A stretch of 64,000 nucleotides of DNA from an uncultured Methylomirabilota bacterium (GTDB lineage Bacteria > Methylomirabilota > Methylomirabilia > Methylomirabilales > 2-02-FULL-66-22), in NCBI GenBank assembly GCA_963845565.1, contig CAWJSJ010000002.1, forward strand, positions 1 to 64,000. The letters are read 5' to 3'. A program made the translations under genes and the position numbers. The notes under the pieces are model-generated. The model was not told the origin of the DNA and ran no database searches. It worked only from the letters and a program-made list of their open reading frames with translations. Below, one piece after another: positions 63,628-64,000 of this stretch (the stretch's first letter is position 1; each line of letters starts with the position of its first letter).

Positions 63628-64000
63628 TCACGACATCACCTGCCCGCCGTCCAGGTTGATCGCCTGTCCGATCATCCCGGACGCGGCATCCGAGGCCAGG
63701 TACACCACCAGGTCGGCGATCTCCTGGGGGTCGAGGATGCGCTTGATGGGTACCGCGTCCAGCGCCTGCCGGCGGAACTCTTCCTTGGTCATTCCCATCA
63801 CGGCGGCGGTTTCCCGCATCCCGCGGTCGGCCATGTCGGTCTCGACCCATCCCGGGCAGATGGCGTTGACCGTGATGCCGCGGTCGGCGACCTCCAGCGC
63901 CAGGGCCCGGGTGAAGCCGATGATCCCGTGCTTGGCGGTGCAGTAGGCCGTGTAGCCCGGCGCGCCAAACCGGCCCAGGATCGAGGAGAGATTGATGATC
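63628..64000 (-). CDS. SDR oxidoreductase, C-terminal part (runs off the window)
   Basis: YCTAKHG, NAICPGWVET, GQAINLDGG. Confidence 0.88.
   Translation of the reverse strand, partial: IINLSSILGRFGAPGYTAYCTAKHGIIGFTRALALEVADRGITVNAICPGWVETDMADRGMRETAAVMGMTKEEFRRQALDAVPIKRILDPQEIADLVVYLASDAASGMIGQAINLDGGQVMS

Overview
High-GC bacterial DNA, almost entirely protein-coding. Many single-base frameshifts (dense at 0.2-1.2, 17-19 and 27-32 kb) are most likely long-read consensus errors. Contents from left to right: (1) a MarR-MFS-molybdopterin oxidoreductase operon; (2) a 4-11 kb accessory patch of unrelated genes separated by four same-orientation copies of a ~165-bp inverted-repeat element, plus a second MITE-like element; (3) SDR, PfpI and NYN/OST-HTH genes; (4) a polar amino-acid ABC/PhyH operon interrupted by an internal IS1634 transposase fragment; (5) malQ, SDRs, a DinB/YfiT protein and an M20 amidohydrolase; (6) a ~15-kb co-directional catabolic cluster with two peptide-type ABC systems, a C45 Ntn-hydrolase, an RraA/HMG aldolase, a D-2-hydroxyacid dehydrogenase, two divergent creatininase-family enzymes and an M19 dipeptidase; (7) a DUF6600-like protein, a hydroxy-acid dehydrogenase/racemase trio, a hybrid kinase and a gluconolactonase; (8) a sufBCDSUT-ferredoxin operon. 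The most notable system is the last. The suf operon has no adjacent SufR/IscR/Rrf2 gene. It is led by an atypical receiver protein and preceded by a complete-looking sigma54 promoter (-24/-12 box, AT-rich spacer, two palindromic enhancer-like sites). A GAFTGA NtrC-type activator, a DosS/DevS-like (putative heme) GAF kinase and a YgfZ-like gene lie upstream on the same strand. This suggests a gas/redox-sensing sigma54 circuit controlling Fe-S biogenesis, which is a hypothesis. No rRNA, tRNA or CRISPR array was seen. All family calls come from motif recognition by eye, not database searches.
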